Shown: positions 12,615-25,377 of the stretch, piece after piece
Layout of the letters: each line of letters opens with the position of its first letter
How positions within the stretch are numbered: the first letter of the stretch is position 1
Source: Octopus sinensis
Lineage: Eukaryota
Assembly: GCF_006345805.1 (NCBI RefSeq)
Contig: NC_043001.1
Coordinates: 129,022,001-129,086,000 of the forward strand
Direction of reading: 5' to 3'
Length of the DNA stretch: 64,000 nt
Position numbers and translations under genes: made by a program
The notes under the pieces: generated by a model
Database searches by the model: none
Told to the model about the DNA's origin: nothing
Seen by the model: the letters and a program-made list of their open reading frames with translations, nothing else

Positions 12615-13037
12615 GCATATATGGGTGCAAGACATCAACAATGGTGCAAATAACATGAAATATGTAAACAAATGAGTTAAATACGTAAACGACGAGAAAA
12701 AAATGGAAAACAGGACAAGTAGACACAGAGAAATGACCCTTCATCAGTTGTCAACTGTCTGTCTATTCCTCATTTTGAGCATTCAACGACAATATGAGTC
12801 TTCAAAGACAGTTGCTCCCATAAATTCTCAAATAAAATTCTAAAATAAATTCTAAACTAAAATTTAGGATTTATGGAGGGTCAAAGTCGGGAATAAAAGC
12901 ATGATAGTGAAAACATACAAGGAAACTGAACGAAAACAAACATGGAAAGTCATTAGACCAGAACGAGAGGAAAATAGTGAAAGCTGGGAGTAACATTTTT
13001 TGAAAAGAGAAAAAATAGGAGAGAGAAAGAGAGTGAG

Positions 13038-13068
<31 letters not shown>

Positions 13069-13172
13069 GGGAGAGAAAACAAGTCCGCTCTTTTGAACAT
13101 CAGTGCAGGAAAAGAAAGTTGGTTATGTGAGGAAAAGAAAGATGGACAATGGTCATGTGTGAGCAACGAGAG
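12610..13172 (-). mobile_element. Dispersed repeat abutting (TA)n, possibly a Penelope-like terminal fragment
   Basis: A second colinear copy lies at 23247-23610 (ggaaaacaggacaagta...acccttcatcagttgtc...ggagggtcaaagt...ggacaatggtcatgtgtgagcaac). Confidence 0.65.
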
Positions 13173-13515
13173 AGAGAGAGAGAGGGGGGAGCGGTGAAGG
13201 AAGGAGTGGAGAAAAATGGAATTAGAGAAAGATGGAGGAAGAAAACAGTATAGAGTAGAGAGTTGCATCAAAAAGGTGAGGATAAACTTACTTGAAAATG
13301 GATGCATCACGTTCAATTAAATAATAGATATGAATAATAAAAGTTGTTGTTTCTAATATGCATGTAGCAATAAATTAGGTAACATTCTTTCTACCAGAAC
13401 ACAGAACAGCCACTGTTACAAATTCTACTCACACCAGATTGGGCAGACCATTTACAATTTAGGTGGTCTTATAACATAGATAAAAGTCTTACATTCAATA
13501 TAGAGATATAGAGAT

Positions 13516-13948
13516 AGGTGTAGGAGTGGCTGTGTGGTAAGTAGCTTGCTAACGAACCACATGGTTCTGGATTCAGTCCCACTGTGTGGCACCTTGGGCA
13601 AGTGTCTTCTGCTATAGCCTTGGACAGACCAAAGCCTTGTGAGTGGATTTGGTAGACAGAAACTGAAAGAAGCTCATTGTGTATGTGTGTGTGTATATAT
13701 ATATATATATGTATGTATGTGTGTGTATATGTTTGTGTGTCTGTGTTTCTCCCCCTCCCCCATCATCGCTTGACGACCGATGCTGGTGTGTTTACATTCC
13801 TGTAACTTAGCGGTTCGGCAAAAGAGAACGATAGAATAAGTACTAGGCTTACAAAGAATAAGTCCTGGGGGCAATTTGGTCCGACTAAAGGTGGTGCTCC
13901 AGCATGGCCACAATCAAATGACTGAAACAAGTAAAAGAGTAAAAGGGT
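13516..13948 (+). mobile_element. SINE family A, full length
   Basis: Same head, core and tail as 2655-3065. Confidence 0.9.
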
Positions 13949-14216
13949 ATATACTAAAAATGACAATCAGAAACTAGTAGTAAATAAAGTGGTAACATTG
14001 TGCTGGATGCACACCACCAACAGTAAATGTAGAGAAATGTGGTGTCCTAACAGCATTCACCTTGCCTGCCTTTGCTGTTTCTGCCACTAGAACCTAGAGG
14101 TAAACAAGAATAGACAGTGGAAAAGAGCAATATGTCTAAATATTTGCTGTATATCCCAAAGCAATGCAACATGACATGTTAGAGTGTACAGTATGGACTC
14201 TAAGTAGATAGAGATA

Positions 14217-14441
14217 TTCTTTTATTCTTTTACTTGTTTCAGACAATTTGACTGTGGCCATGCTGGAGCACTGCCTTACAGGTTTTTTTTACTTGAAGGA
14301 ATTAACCCCCAGGACTTATTCTTTGTAAGCCTAGTACTTATAGGTGTCTTTTGCTGAACTGCTAATTACGAGGATGTAAACACACCAACATCGATTGTCA
14401 AGCGATGGCAGGTGCAAACATGGACACAAAGACACACAACC

Positions 14442-14488
<47 letters not shown>

Positions 14489-14632
14489 GGATTGTTTTGG
14501 TTTCCATCTACCAAATCCACTCAGAAGGCTTTGGTTGGCCCGAGGCTATAGTAGAAAACACTTGCAGTGGGACTGAACGTGGAACCATGTGATTGGGAAG
14601 CAAGCTTCTTACCACACAGCGATGCCTGCACC
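14217..14632 (-). mobile_element. SINE family A
   Basis: Colinear diverged copy. Confidence 0.85.
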
Positions 14633-14889
14633 TATCTTACCACACACATCTGCGACTAATAATATGGTATGATTCGAAAGATAAATTTGAAGGTTGTGCC
14701 TTATTGTTATGCTAATAATCAGAATGACACTGGACTGTTTGATCAGGGTTGAGGTGTGAGAGTGGGGATTAACACAACAACAACAACCACTTTCTATATA
14801 CCATAGAACTACTTAGCTGTGGCTACACAACTACTACAGTTCTATGGTATGCAAGCTAATGAGATTGTTCTATTTGAGCATTAATTCTT

Positions 14890-15465
14890 TGGCAGAAACG
14901 CTTAGCAGTATTTCGTCTGTCGTTACGTTGTGAGTTCAAATTCCGCTGAGGTCGACTTTACCTTTCATCCTTTCGGGGTCGATAAATTAAGTACCAGTTA
15001 CGCACTGGGGTCGATGTAATCGACTTAATACCTATGTCTGTCCTTGTTTGTCCCCTCTATGTTTAGCCCCTTGTGGGTAATAAAGAAATAGGTATTTCGT
15101 CTGCCGCTACGCTCTGAGTTCAAATTCCGCCGAGGTCGACTTTACCTTTCATCCTTTCGGGGTCGATAAATTAAGTACCAGTTACGCACTGGGGTCGATG
15201 TATTCGACTTAATACCTATGTCTGTCCTTGTTTGTCCCCTCTATGTTTAGCCCCTTGTGGGTAATAAAGAAATAGGTATTTCGTCTGCCGCTACGCTCTG
15301 AGTTCAAATTCCGCCGAGGTCGACTTTACCTTTCATCCTTTTGGGGTCAATAAATTAAGTACCAGTTACACACTGGGGTCGATGTAATCGACTTAATACC
15401 TATGTCTGTCCTTGTTTGTCCCCTCTATGTTTAGCCCCTTGTGGGTAATAAAGAAATAGGTATTT
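14890..15465 (+). repeat. Head-to-tail trimer of the 184-bp family B SINE body
   Basis: gtattt unit starts at 14908, 15092, 15276 and 15460. The units are nearly identical. Confidence 0.95.
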
Positions 15466-16657
15466 AAATCAGCCATATCCTGCCCAAATCTTTTGCCTGT
15501 CTTATGCTTAAACCATCCAGCTCTGGCCTCTCACACCTACTCTGCAATGTTATTCTAAAAATAAACAATGACATCAGTTTTCAGTGATGTCATAGCTATG
15601 AGATAATACATGATAAATTCAAAACAATGTGGATATTTAAGCATTACAGTTGACAGAAAACTCTGAATGCTAAAGAGTAAAACTTCCAAAATCTCTCTCA
15701 TATCACATCATACAGTCTAGAAAAAAGGAAAAAAGGCAGGACACAATAGATAATGTATTCTTAGATGTCCTTAAAAAAGGTGGTCCAGGCTAGAATTCTG
15801 AGTGACATCTTACAAAAGGAAGGATGGTCCTGGTTGGAATACCTTACCAACTTAAACAAGGCAACAGAGAAGACAAATGGGATGGAGAGTCATTGAAGCG
15901 GTCATAGGATATGTGACGAAACTAAAATAATAATAATAAAGCTGAAGTGAACTCCCACTTATATTTACTGAAAATAAGACTGGATACTCATGGTTGGAAC
16001 GCCTCTGGTCAGCTCAGTCAAAGTAGATCTAGAGTTTAGCAACAACATCATCGACACCACTATGTGACAACTACCCCCATCACCCAAACCACTAGTAATT
16101 CTACTACTACTGTTAATTATTAATGCTACTATTACCACTACTACAACAAGAACAATAACTAACATCACCACTACTGCTACAATACACTGCGTTTGGTACT
16201 ATAGTTACCACTGAAATTGCAATAATTATAATTACTACCAATACCACCACTGCCACTACTAATGTAACAACTACCGCTATTATTACTATTATTACTATCA
16301 TTACCCCTGCACCAACAGTGGCACCAACACCCCCACGAGTGCCACTGCCATCACCACCAACACTGCTGCTGCTGCTACTATTATTTCTACTACTACTACT
16401 ACCAACACCAATGCTGCTAATTACATGTTTGAAAACCTGTCAGGAGTCAATAAAAATTTAATAAAACAAGAAATAAAAACAGTAAAATAAATAAAATATA
16501 AATAAAAATTAAAAAAAGTAAATGAATAGAGTCAAGATGTTTCTGGAAACTGTTAGTAGAACTGACAAAATATTCTGAGAAATAAAAGAATAAAAAATGT
16601 AGGGGTGGTGGGTGAGGATACTGAGGAAGAGTTGAGAGGTAACAAAATTGAACGATA

Positions 16658-17015
16658 TGAGGTGGTATTAAAATGTTCCTGGACTAGTTCTGTAGCGCAC
16701 CAACAGATGGCAGCACAGAGTTGTGTGAGCAGTGAGAGCAGGCAGGAACCTTCATGAAACAGTGTGCTGAGTTACATTGCAGTGTTTACATCACAAGTAG
16801 AGAATTTTGTGTTTTTGTGATCACGTGTATGCGGTAGTCTGCAATTTTGTTATGGACAGGAACAAAGAGCCAACGTGAAATTTTGCATTGAACTTGGGGA
16901 AGTCTGCTACAGAGACACTGAGCATGATTCAGCAAGCTTATGGGAATGAGGCAATGGGTCGTACACAATGTTTCGAGTGGCATGGGTGTTTCAAAAGTAG
17001 AAGAATATCCCTGAA
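16658..17015 (+). mobile_element. Mariner 5' remnant (TIR plus N-terminal HTH)
   Basis: TA followed by TIR tgaggtggtattaaaatgttcctggactagtt. Translates with a frameshift to EQRANVKFC..LGKSATETLSMIQQAYGNEAMGRTQCFEW. Confidence 0.85.
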
Positions 17016-18022
17016 TGAAGGCAGCAAGCTGGCAGAAATGTTAGCACGCTGGGCAAAATGCTTAGAAGTATTTCGTCTGCTGCTACGTTCTGAGTTCAAA
17101 TTCCACCGAGGTCGACTTTGCCTTTCATCCTTTCGGGGTTGATAAATTAAGTACCAGTTATGCACTGGTCCTCACTCATGAGTTTCTCATGAGTTGTGGT
17201 TGATGTTTAGCCCCCAGATGAATTCTCACCAAGCAGACTTATGATCAAAGACATTCTCAACATTTTCTTTTAAAAGTGACATATTTTGGACTACATTATT
17301 GAATAAGATATATCTGCTACTGTATAAAAATAGCATCTTTTTCTAATCATAATCTTTCAAAGAATTTTTCTTGTAATTCTAAAAGGTTGTCTTTACTCTG
17401 ATTTGCAACTGGTTTTTGGATTGTTTTAATCTGAAACTTTTAACATTAATGGGAAAATTGTCCAATTCATGCCATAATTATGTACTATAGTTATGATATA
17501 ATGAATTTGGAGCACTAATTATGTGGCCAGAGTTCAAATATAACCATGCACTTAATATGCTGCATTACTTTTTGGAAACAAAAACTGAAGAAGTGTATGC
17601 TGATGTATGGAGAAATAAAATATGATGTAAAAACTAATGTTTTGGGCTAGTGTCTTCATCCAATGTCTTTTTTCAATAAGTATCTTGCCTCAAATGTTAT
17701 CACTTCAATCACATCTCATAGTAGAACATTACTCACATCTAAATATATGTGTATTGTTCAACTGTGAGACGCTACTTTCATTGCTAACATTTACTGATAT
17801 GTATTGACTAACATGGACTGTTCTTCAGCCTGGACATCTTCTGTTCTGTCACTCCTGCATCTCCAGAATAAATTAATTATAAAATATTCTTTGACTTAAA
17901 ATTTTTGGTTTGCTTGAGTGACTTTTAGAAAATGATGTCTGTGAAATTGAATTCTTTTCTAGCTTTTATTCAAGTTTCATTGTAACAAAACAAAAGTTTT
18001 TTTTTTCTGCTGATAAATAATT

Positions 18023-18187
18023 GGTACAGGAGTGACTGTGTGGTAAGTAACTTGCTTACCGACCACATGGTTCTGGGTTCAGTCCCACTGCATGGTACCT
18101 TGGACAAGTGTCTTCTACTACAGCCTCGGGCCAACCACAGCCTTGTGAGTGGATTTGGTAGACGGAAACTGAAAGAAGCCTGTTGTA

Positions 18188-18236
<49 letters not shown>

Positions 18237-18462
18237 TTCTATGTGTTTGTGTGTCTGTGTTTGTCCTCCCACCAACATTGCTTGACAACCAATGCTGGTG
18301 TGTTTACGTCCCTGTAACTTAGTGGTTTGGCAAAAGAGACTGATAGAATAAGTAATAGGCTTACAAAGAATAAGTCCCGGGGTAGATTTGCTCCACTAAA
18401 GGCAGTGCTCCAGCATGGCCGCAGTCAAATGACTGAAACAAGTAAAAGTAAAAGAGTAAAAG
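18023..18462 (+). mobile_element. SINE family A, full length
   Basis: Colinear copy. Confidence 0.9.
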
Positions 18463-18532
18463 AAAAATTGTTTGAAAAAATACTTTCCCTTGTTCTTTAG
18501 TATGACATTATATTGTTACTAGTTTACTAATG

Positions 18533-18880
18533 TGAAAGCACATGGCTCAGTGGTTAGAGTGTCAGGTTCACAGCCACACAGTAGTTAGTTTGATTCCTGG
18601 ACAGGGCTGCGTGTTGTGTTCTTAAGTAAAACACTTCATTTCACTTTGCTCCAGTTCACTCAGCTGTAGAAATGAGCTGTGACGTCACTGGTGCCAAGCT
18701 GTATCGGCCCTTTGCCTTTCTCTTGGATAACATTGGTAGTGTGAAGAGGGGAGGCTAGTATTCATGGACATCTGCTAGTCTCCCATACACAACATGGCCC
18801 GGACTTGTGCCTCAGAGGTTAACCTTCTAGGTGCAATCTCATGGTCATTCATGGCCAAAGGGGGTTTTTACCCTTTATCC
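18533..18880 (+). mobile_element. tRNA-derived SINE family C
   Basis: A box tggctcagtggttagag and central ttgctccagttcactcagctgtagaaatgag. A colinear copy lies at 44484-44808. Confidence 0.8.
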
Positions 18881-18899
18881 TAGTTTACTAACAAATACC

Positions 18900-19310
18900 T
18901 TTAAAATCTTAGGCCGTACTATCACTGAGAATCTCTCCTGGCAAAACATGTCCTTAACACAGCAAGTACTTCATCCCAAAGATTGCTCCTTTTCTTCAGA
19001 ATTAGAACATATTCCAAACTTCAACAGCTGCTGACATTCTACAAGACTGAAATGGAACTCACAATGGATGGGATGGTGCTGCTGCAATGCACAAAGACAT
19101 CCTTGACCACACTCAAAGAAGGGCCAATTAAATTACATTGGCCCTCAATCACAAAAGGACATACTCTAGCTTCTTCTTGTCCACAGGCAAGCTGTTGTCT
19201 CTCTTACTCTGACCTTTCTGTTGTAATGGCCTGCAAGAACTGACCTGCTACAATCGAAACAGAACATTAACAATTTCAAGCTCACTTGTCTGAGATCTAC
19301 TAAGGTTATG
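18900..19310 (+). pseudogene. Highly decayed RTE-like LINE 3' coding relic
   Basis: Fragments NLSWQN...QVL, KDILTTLK and HW resemble the RTE C-terminus. Multiple frameshifts are present. Confidence 0.4.
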
Positions 19311-19338
19311 GACATTTCTTTTCCTCCACACTCAGCAA

Positions 19339-19398
<60 letters not shown>

Positions 19399-19479
19399 TA
19401 TATATATAAATATACCAGAGTAAAAACATAAATGTGAAACAAGGTGGAAAAAGAGTACTCAAATACCAGTGGTAGAGTA

Positions 19480-19640
19480 ATATGCTTTATTTAAAAGCAG
19501 CAGAAAATTCAACAAAACCTGTTACTCTGAGTTTCACGTTCCCGTTCGTCGGACAGTTTTTGCTAGAATTCTAGCAAAAACTACCCGACGAACGGGAACA
19601 GGTTTTGTTGAATTTTCTGCTGCTTTTAAATAAAGTATAT
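19480..19640. repeat. Fold-back palindrome centred on gaattc (19566-19571) within (TA)n
   Basis: ctttatttaaaagcagcagaaaattcaacaaaacctgtt... is mirrored by ...aacaggttttgttgaattttctgctgcttttaaataaag. The right arm has a 17-nt deletion. Confidence 0.92.
19513..19562 (-). ncRNA. Minimal type-I hammerhead-like motif with a U4C core variant
   Basis: Minus strand: CAAAAACTGT-CCGACGA-ACG(GGAA)CGT-GAA-ACTC(A)GAGT-A-ACAGGTTTTG. All three stems pair, with a GUA triplet. Confidence 0.7.
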
Positions 19641-20028
19641 ATATATATATATATAATATACATACATGTGTGTGTGTGTGTGTGTATTCTGAAGAATAAA
19701 ACTAAAGTTATTTCTTAGTCTAATATAATGAAAAATATCTGTCATTTGAAAGGTGATAAATTATTTTTTGTTATTTTGGAAGCATATGTATAAATTCTTT
19801 TTTTTTTTTAATCAAAGTTGGTCTATGATAGAGAGAGAGACAATGGATATCACTTTTAATGTCTGTACCAGACTGATAAGGACTACTGTCCAGCTTGGAC
19901 AACAGTAATACCACAAGTACCACCACCTCTGCAGCCATCACCACCACCACAACCACCATCACTGTCTCCATCACCACCAGCTTTGCATTATTTTTATCAA
20001 ATCACTGAATTTATTTTTGCATATTCAA

Positions 20029-20068
<40 letters not shown>

Positions 20069-21040
20069 GTTATTATTATTATTATTAGTGTTTTCTTTGT
20101 AACCATATAATTTCATTACATTTCCATATCATCAAGTATTTTTAACACAAAACATTACATCATTATCCTGTCGTAATCATTGTAATTATCAACATTATTT
20201 GCAATTTTTTAATTAATTAAGATAATAGATGGGTTTCGTTAGAGATGAAAATATGAGAAATATGAAAAAAAAAAACTAAGACAAAATAAATAAAATAAAC
20301 TTTCATGCATAATTAAATACATCTCTCAGCCTCTCCTTTTTTTCTGGAGTGGGTGGGAGTTTCACAGAAATGACTTAGTTCCACCAATCTTCTTCAAGTG
20401 TTGCACACGATGGTAACAAATGAACAGGGAGCCTCAACAGCCTGCTCCATTTGTTAGAAATAACAGCCAAATCTCTCTTAACTTACAACCCAAGATCTTA
20501 AAAATGCAAACACATTGAATAATTATGGTCTAGTGCACCTGAGATGTGGAATTTCATAAAAGGGAAGACAAAAGAATGCAAGAAATACGAAAATAGTGTT
20601 GGAAAAAACTCATCCTATCCATGTTGGCATTTAAAGGTAGACGTGATAATGATGATGATGATGATTTATTTCGTAATGTGTATGCCTATAAGAAGGCATT
20701 AATATAAAGCTAGGTTTTATGAAGGTTTTGCATATATCAGAAGTTAAAAAAAAAAAAATGTTTGTTCCTGCAGTCCTTTCAGAATTATATAGACAATTGT
20801 AGTTTGAATTTGGAGACCAGTGTTATAGACACCTAACCAATAAAGTATGACATCACAGAAGAATTGACATCCACCACCAGCACCACAACCATGGTCAGCA
20901 GCTGCACCGTCACCAGCGCCACCACCACAACCAGCATCATTATCGGCATCAGCAGCATTAACATCATCATCATCAGCAGCAGCAGCAACACCACCACCAC
21001 CACCACCACCACCACCACCACCACCACCACCACCACCACC

Positions 21041-21072
<32 letters not shown>

Positions 21073-21214
21073 CAACACCAACACCACCACCACCACAATC
21101 CCCACAACCACCACAATCACCACCACCACTGCCACCACCATCACCACTTTCTGCTGCTAGTGCTACTCTTCCTCCCTGCTCCAGCTTCCGTGACCAGGGT
21201 GTTTTAATTTGTCA

Positions 21215-21490
21215 AACCAGGAACTTTTTTTGTCTGCCGTCAGTTTTTGTAGGTCCACAGTTGCAATGTCGTTTGTCTCAGGCAATAACATGAAGCTATC
21301 TGAGTAGTCTTTGCCCTTTTGTGAGGGTATGGACGACTCCAAAATACAATAATGTCCAATAGGTGTCCCTCATGACAAGCAGAGGCCAACAAAGTCTACT
21401 GTGTGCCCAGCAGCAATTGTAGAGATGGGTGAAATATGTCCATAAATGTTCTCTTTGATCAAGACATTTCACACTCTCATAAGAATCAAG
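21215..21490 (-). pseudogene. Decayed RTE-like LINE 3' coding relic
   Basis: Minus fragments PISTIAA...DFVGLC and TVDLQKLTADK...W resemble the RTE/RTEX C-terminus. Stops are present. Confidence 0.4.
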
Positions 21491-21933
21491 GTGTCTGTAT
21501 CTTATAAAGATAATATATCTGTGATGGTAGATTGGCAGAGAGAATAATGCAAAAGGAATATTTGCAGTATTCGTTCTAGCTGTTTACGTTTATGATTTCA
21601 AATCCAGTTAAGGTCAACTTTGTTGCCAATGCTTCCGGGATTCGCAAGAAAAAATATTTGCTCAGTACCCAAATTGATGTAATTGAGAGCAACCTCCTCC
21701 TCACAAGGTTTTTCTTTCGTTCGTTCATTAACCTCATGCATTTCTTCATCATTTGCAGCCTTCAAAACCATTGCTCGAAGGAGGCATTCCAAAGAAAGAA
21801 CAAAAGAACTGCTATGAGAAAGAAGTGGAGAGGAAGGAAGAAAGAGAGCGAGCAAGACAGATACATACACACACACATGCATGCAGACACACACACACAC
21901 ACAAATACATACATACATACATACATACATACA

Positions 21934-21996
<63 letters not shown>

Positions 21997-22650
21997 TCAT
22001 ATGTCAGAGTGAGAGAATGAAAGAGACTTTGGATACAATTCACATTCAGGCATTATATTCCATCCAGGTAGAATCTATCACTGTTAATGCTGTTATTGCT
22101 ATCCTGTTGTTGATGTTGTTGAAGTTGATGTCATTGCTGTTATGGCAAAAGTATTAACAGGGGCATGTTTTCAATGACATGTGGCATTCATTAATGCTTA
22201 ATGATGGATCAATCAAATCCCCCACCCCCACCCCCCACCCACTCCCAAAAAAGATTCATAAATAAATTATTACAAAATTGAATCACTGAGTCGAGGGGAA
22301 GGCGAAGAGGGAGAGGGAGAGGATGGAAGTAGCCCTCCCTACCACCACCACCACCACCACCACCACCACCACCACCAATGTTTTGTTGGTGGTGCAATGG
22401 CTGATGATGGAGATGATGATGATGATGATGGAGATAATGTTGGTGACACTCATGATGGTGATGATGCAGAAGTGGCTATTACATTTGGTGAGATAATAAT
22501 GACAAGAAGGAGAAAGATGGGCAATAAAGGGTTCAAATGCTGACTGTAGCCTGGTCATCCCTGAAATCACAGAATTGATGATGATGATGATGATGATAGT
22601 GATAAATGCACACACACACACACAAATATATAAATGCATATATTATATAT

Positions 22651-23038
22651 AGGTGCAGGAGTGGCTGTGTGGTAAGAAGCTTGTTTCCCAACCACATGGT
22701 TCCATGTTCAGTCCCACTGCATGGCACCTTGGGCAAGTGTCTTCTAGTATAGTCTCAGGACAACCAAAGCTTTGTGAGTGGATTTGGTAGATGGAAACTG
22801 AGAGAAGCCCATCATATATATATATATAAGTATGTATGTGTGTGTCTGTGTTTCTCCCCACCACCATTACTTGACAACCGATGCTGGCATGTTTACATCC
22901 CTGTAACTTAGTGGCTTGGCAAAAGTTACTGATAGAATAAGTATCAGGCTTACAAAGAATTAGTCCTGGGGTTGATTTGTTTGACTAAAGGCAGTGCTCC
23001 AGCATGGCTGCAATCAAATGACTGAAACAAGTAAAAGA
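22651..23038 (+). mobile_element. SINE family A
   Basis: Colinear copy. Confidence 0.9.
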
Positions 23039-23246
23039 AAAAAAAAAGATATAGTGATCATGATAGTGACATATGTAGACATTACTCCCCCACCTTTCTC
23101 CACCTGATTGATAACAAAAATATTGGTGGTTATGACGATGATGATGATGATAAGTGGTTTGCCTATTGAACTTTAAAATGACAATTTTATGAAACTAACG
23201 AAGCTGTATTTGAACTCAAAATCTATTATTCGTATTCACCTGAAAC

Positions 23247-23610
23247 CATGGAAAACAGGACAAGTAAACACAGAGAAACAACCCTTCATCAGTTGTCGTC
23301 TGCCTATCTAATCTTCATTTCAAGCATTCAGTGATAATCTGAGTCTTCAAAAAGACTGTCACCCCCATAAATTCTAAGATAAAATTTCGGATTTACGGAG
23401 GGTCAAAGTTGGGAACAAAACAATGACAGTGTAGACATACAAGGAAACAGTGAACGCTGGGAGAAACATTTCTTTTTTAAAAGACAAAAGATAGAAGAGA
23501 GAGAGAAAACATGTGCACTCCCTTAAATGTCCATGCAGGAAAAGAAAGATGGCCACATGAGGAATAGAAAAATGGACAATGGTCATGTGTGAGCAACAAG
23601 AGAGAGATAG
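23247..23610 (-). mobile_element. Second copy of the 12610-13172 repeat
   Basis: Shared colinear blocks with the first copy. Confidence 0.7.
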
Positions 23611-23692
23611 AAACTGACTACTCTATACTGTTTTCGTTTTCCTTCCTTCTCTAATTCCCTTTTTATCTCTCTCCCTCCTTCACCATTTTCTA

Positions 23693-23730
<38 letters not shown>

Positions 23731-23747
23731 CCTCTTTCCCTTTTTCT

Positions 23748-23870
23748 CTTACAGAAAACGACTTCCAGGCTGAATTCCAAAGGTGGCAGATATGTTGGGA
23801 CCAATGTATTTCTGCACAAGGCGACTATTTTGAAGGAAACATAACTAGTCCTGGAACTTTTTGATACCAC
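23748..23870 (+). mobile_element. Mariner 3' remnant (C-terminus plus TIR)
   Basis: TENDFQAEFQRWQICWDQCISAQGDYFEG, then aactagtcctggaactttttgataccac, the inverse of the TIR at 16658. Confidence 0.85.
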
Positions 23871-24369
23871 TGAAGAAGAAACTTTGTAGTGCAATCTACA
23901 GAGTAAAGATATGTTGTTTGATGCTTCTGTTAGTTCATATACCTTGCCTATACTTGCACTTACAAATTAAGACAGACCAATCTAGTTGTATCCGTGCTTC
24001 TGTTATATCATATATACTTAAAGCTAATGTTCTTTCTAAGTCTGAAAAAATGTGTAACTGATCTCTGATGAAGTTAAAATACTGAAACTAGCCACATTGT
24101 TTTCTTGGTTCACAGAAAAGGAAAGATATATTTTAACCAATAATGTTTCTGTCTTGTGTCTCTATTTATATCTACTTCCTTCTCTTCAAGTACACACACA
24201 CACACAAACAGACACGCACACACACACACACATCAAATAGATAGACCCACTCACCAACTGAAAAAGTACACAAATTATCAAAGTCTTCAATGATTCAATG
24301 TTAATAACAAAAGGCAAAGTAAGATAAATATTTCTATTACCATATGATCATAAAAAATTCTGCTAAATG

Positions 24370-24375
24370 TGAATG

Positions 24376-24407
<32 letters not shown>

Positions 24408-24447
24408 ATATATCTATATGTATGTATGTATGTTGTATGTATGTATG

Positions 24448-24486
<39 letters not shown>

Positions 24487-24660
24487 ATGTATGCATGCAT
24501 GTATGTATATATATATATATATATGCACATATAAATATATATGTACATATATATATGTATATATATATATATGTAGATGTGCTTGTATATATATATTTAT
24601 ATATATATGTGTATACGTATATATGCATATATATATATATACATATATACATATATACAT

Positions 24661-24758
<98 letters not shown>

Positions 24759-24772
24759 TGTATGTATATATA
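24370..24772. repeat. Compound (TA)/(TATG)/(TG) microsatellite
   Basis: Direct reading of the sequence. Confidence 0.95.
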
Positions 24773-25345
24773 TGGTATCTAAAGATGAGAGCAGAGAAAA
24801 TAAATATTAATAGTTAGTGCAGAAAATAGCTATAGTTAAGGTAAATTAATGCATGATATGCTTGTCGAGTACTAACAAAACAATGATTAATATAATTATT
24901 TATTAAGAAAACCACTGTGGAAATTACTGTACCAGTGCTATATTAAATATATTAGTTTTGAAATGGTGTTGTTTATAGACAGGTGAATATTGATGAAGTA
25001 GACATGTAATCAAAAGCTTTCCAGTTGTGACCATCTCTTCTTTTTAGGAATATCTCACGTATGCCTTTCTCATTTAAGTCTGAAGAATCTGGTTTGGGAA
25101 AATTTGGTTGCTATTTGAAGTATGTTGATAACACACACACACACACACACACACACCACACACACACACATGAGTGAAAGAGGCTTCTTTCAGTTTCTCC
25201 CTACCAAATCAAGTCACTCCTGGGAGCTATAATAAAAGACATTTGTCCAAGGCTCTATAAAGTGGGGTTAAACCTGAAACCATGTGGTTAGTAAGTGAAC
25301 TTCTTAACTACACAGCCATGCCTGTACATACACACCCCACCCATA

Positions 25346-25376
<31 letters not shown>

Positions 25377-25377
25377 G

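Noticed and set aside
14908-15465. CRISPR-like or ribozyme-containing tandem array
   Set aside because: There are no unique spacers, and I found no hammerhead core on either strand of the 184-bp unit.
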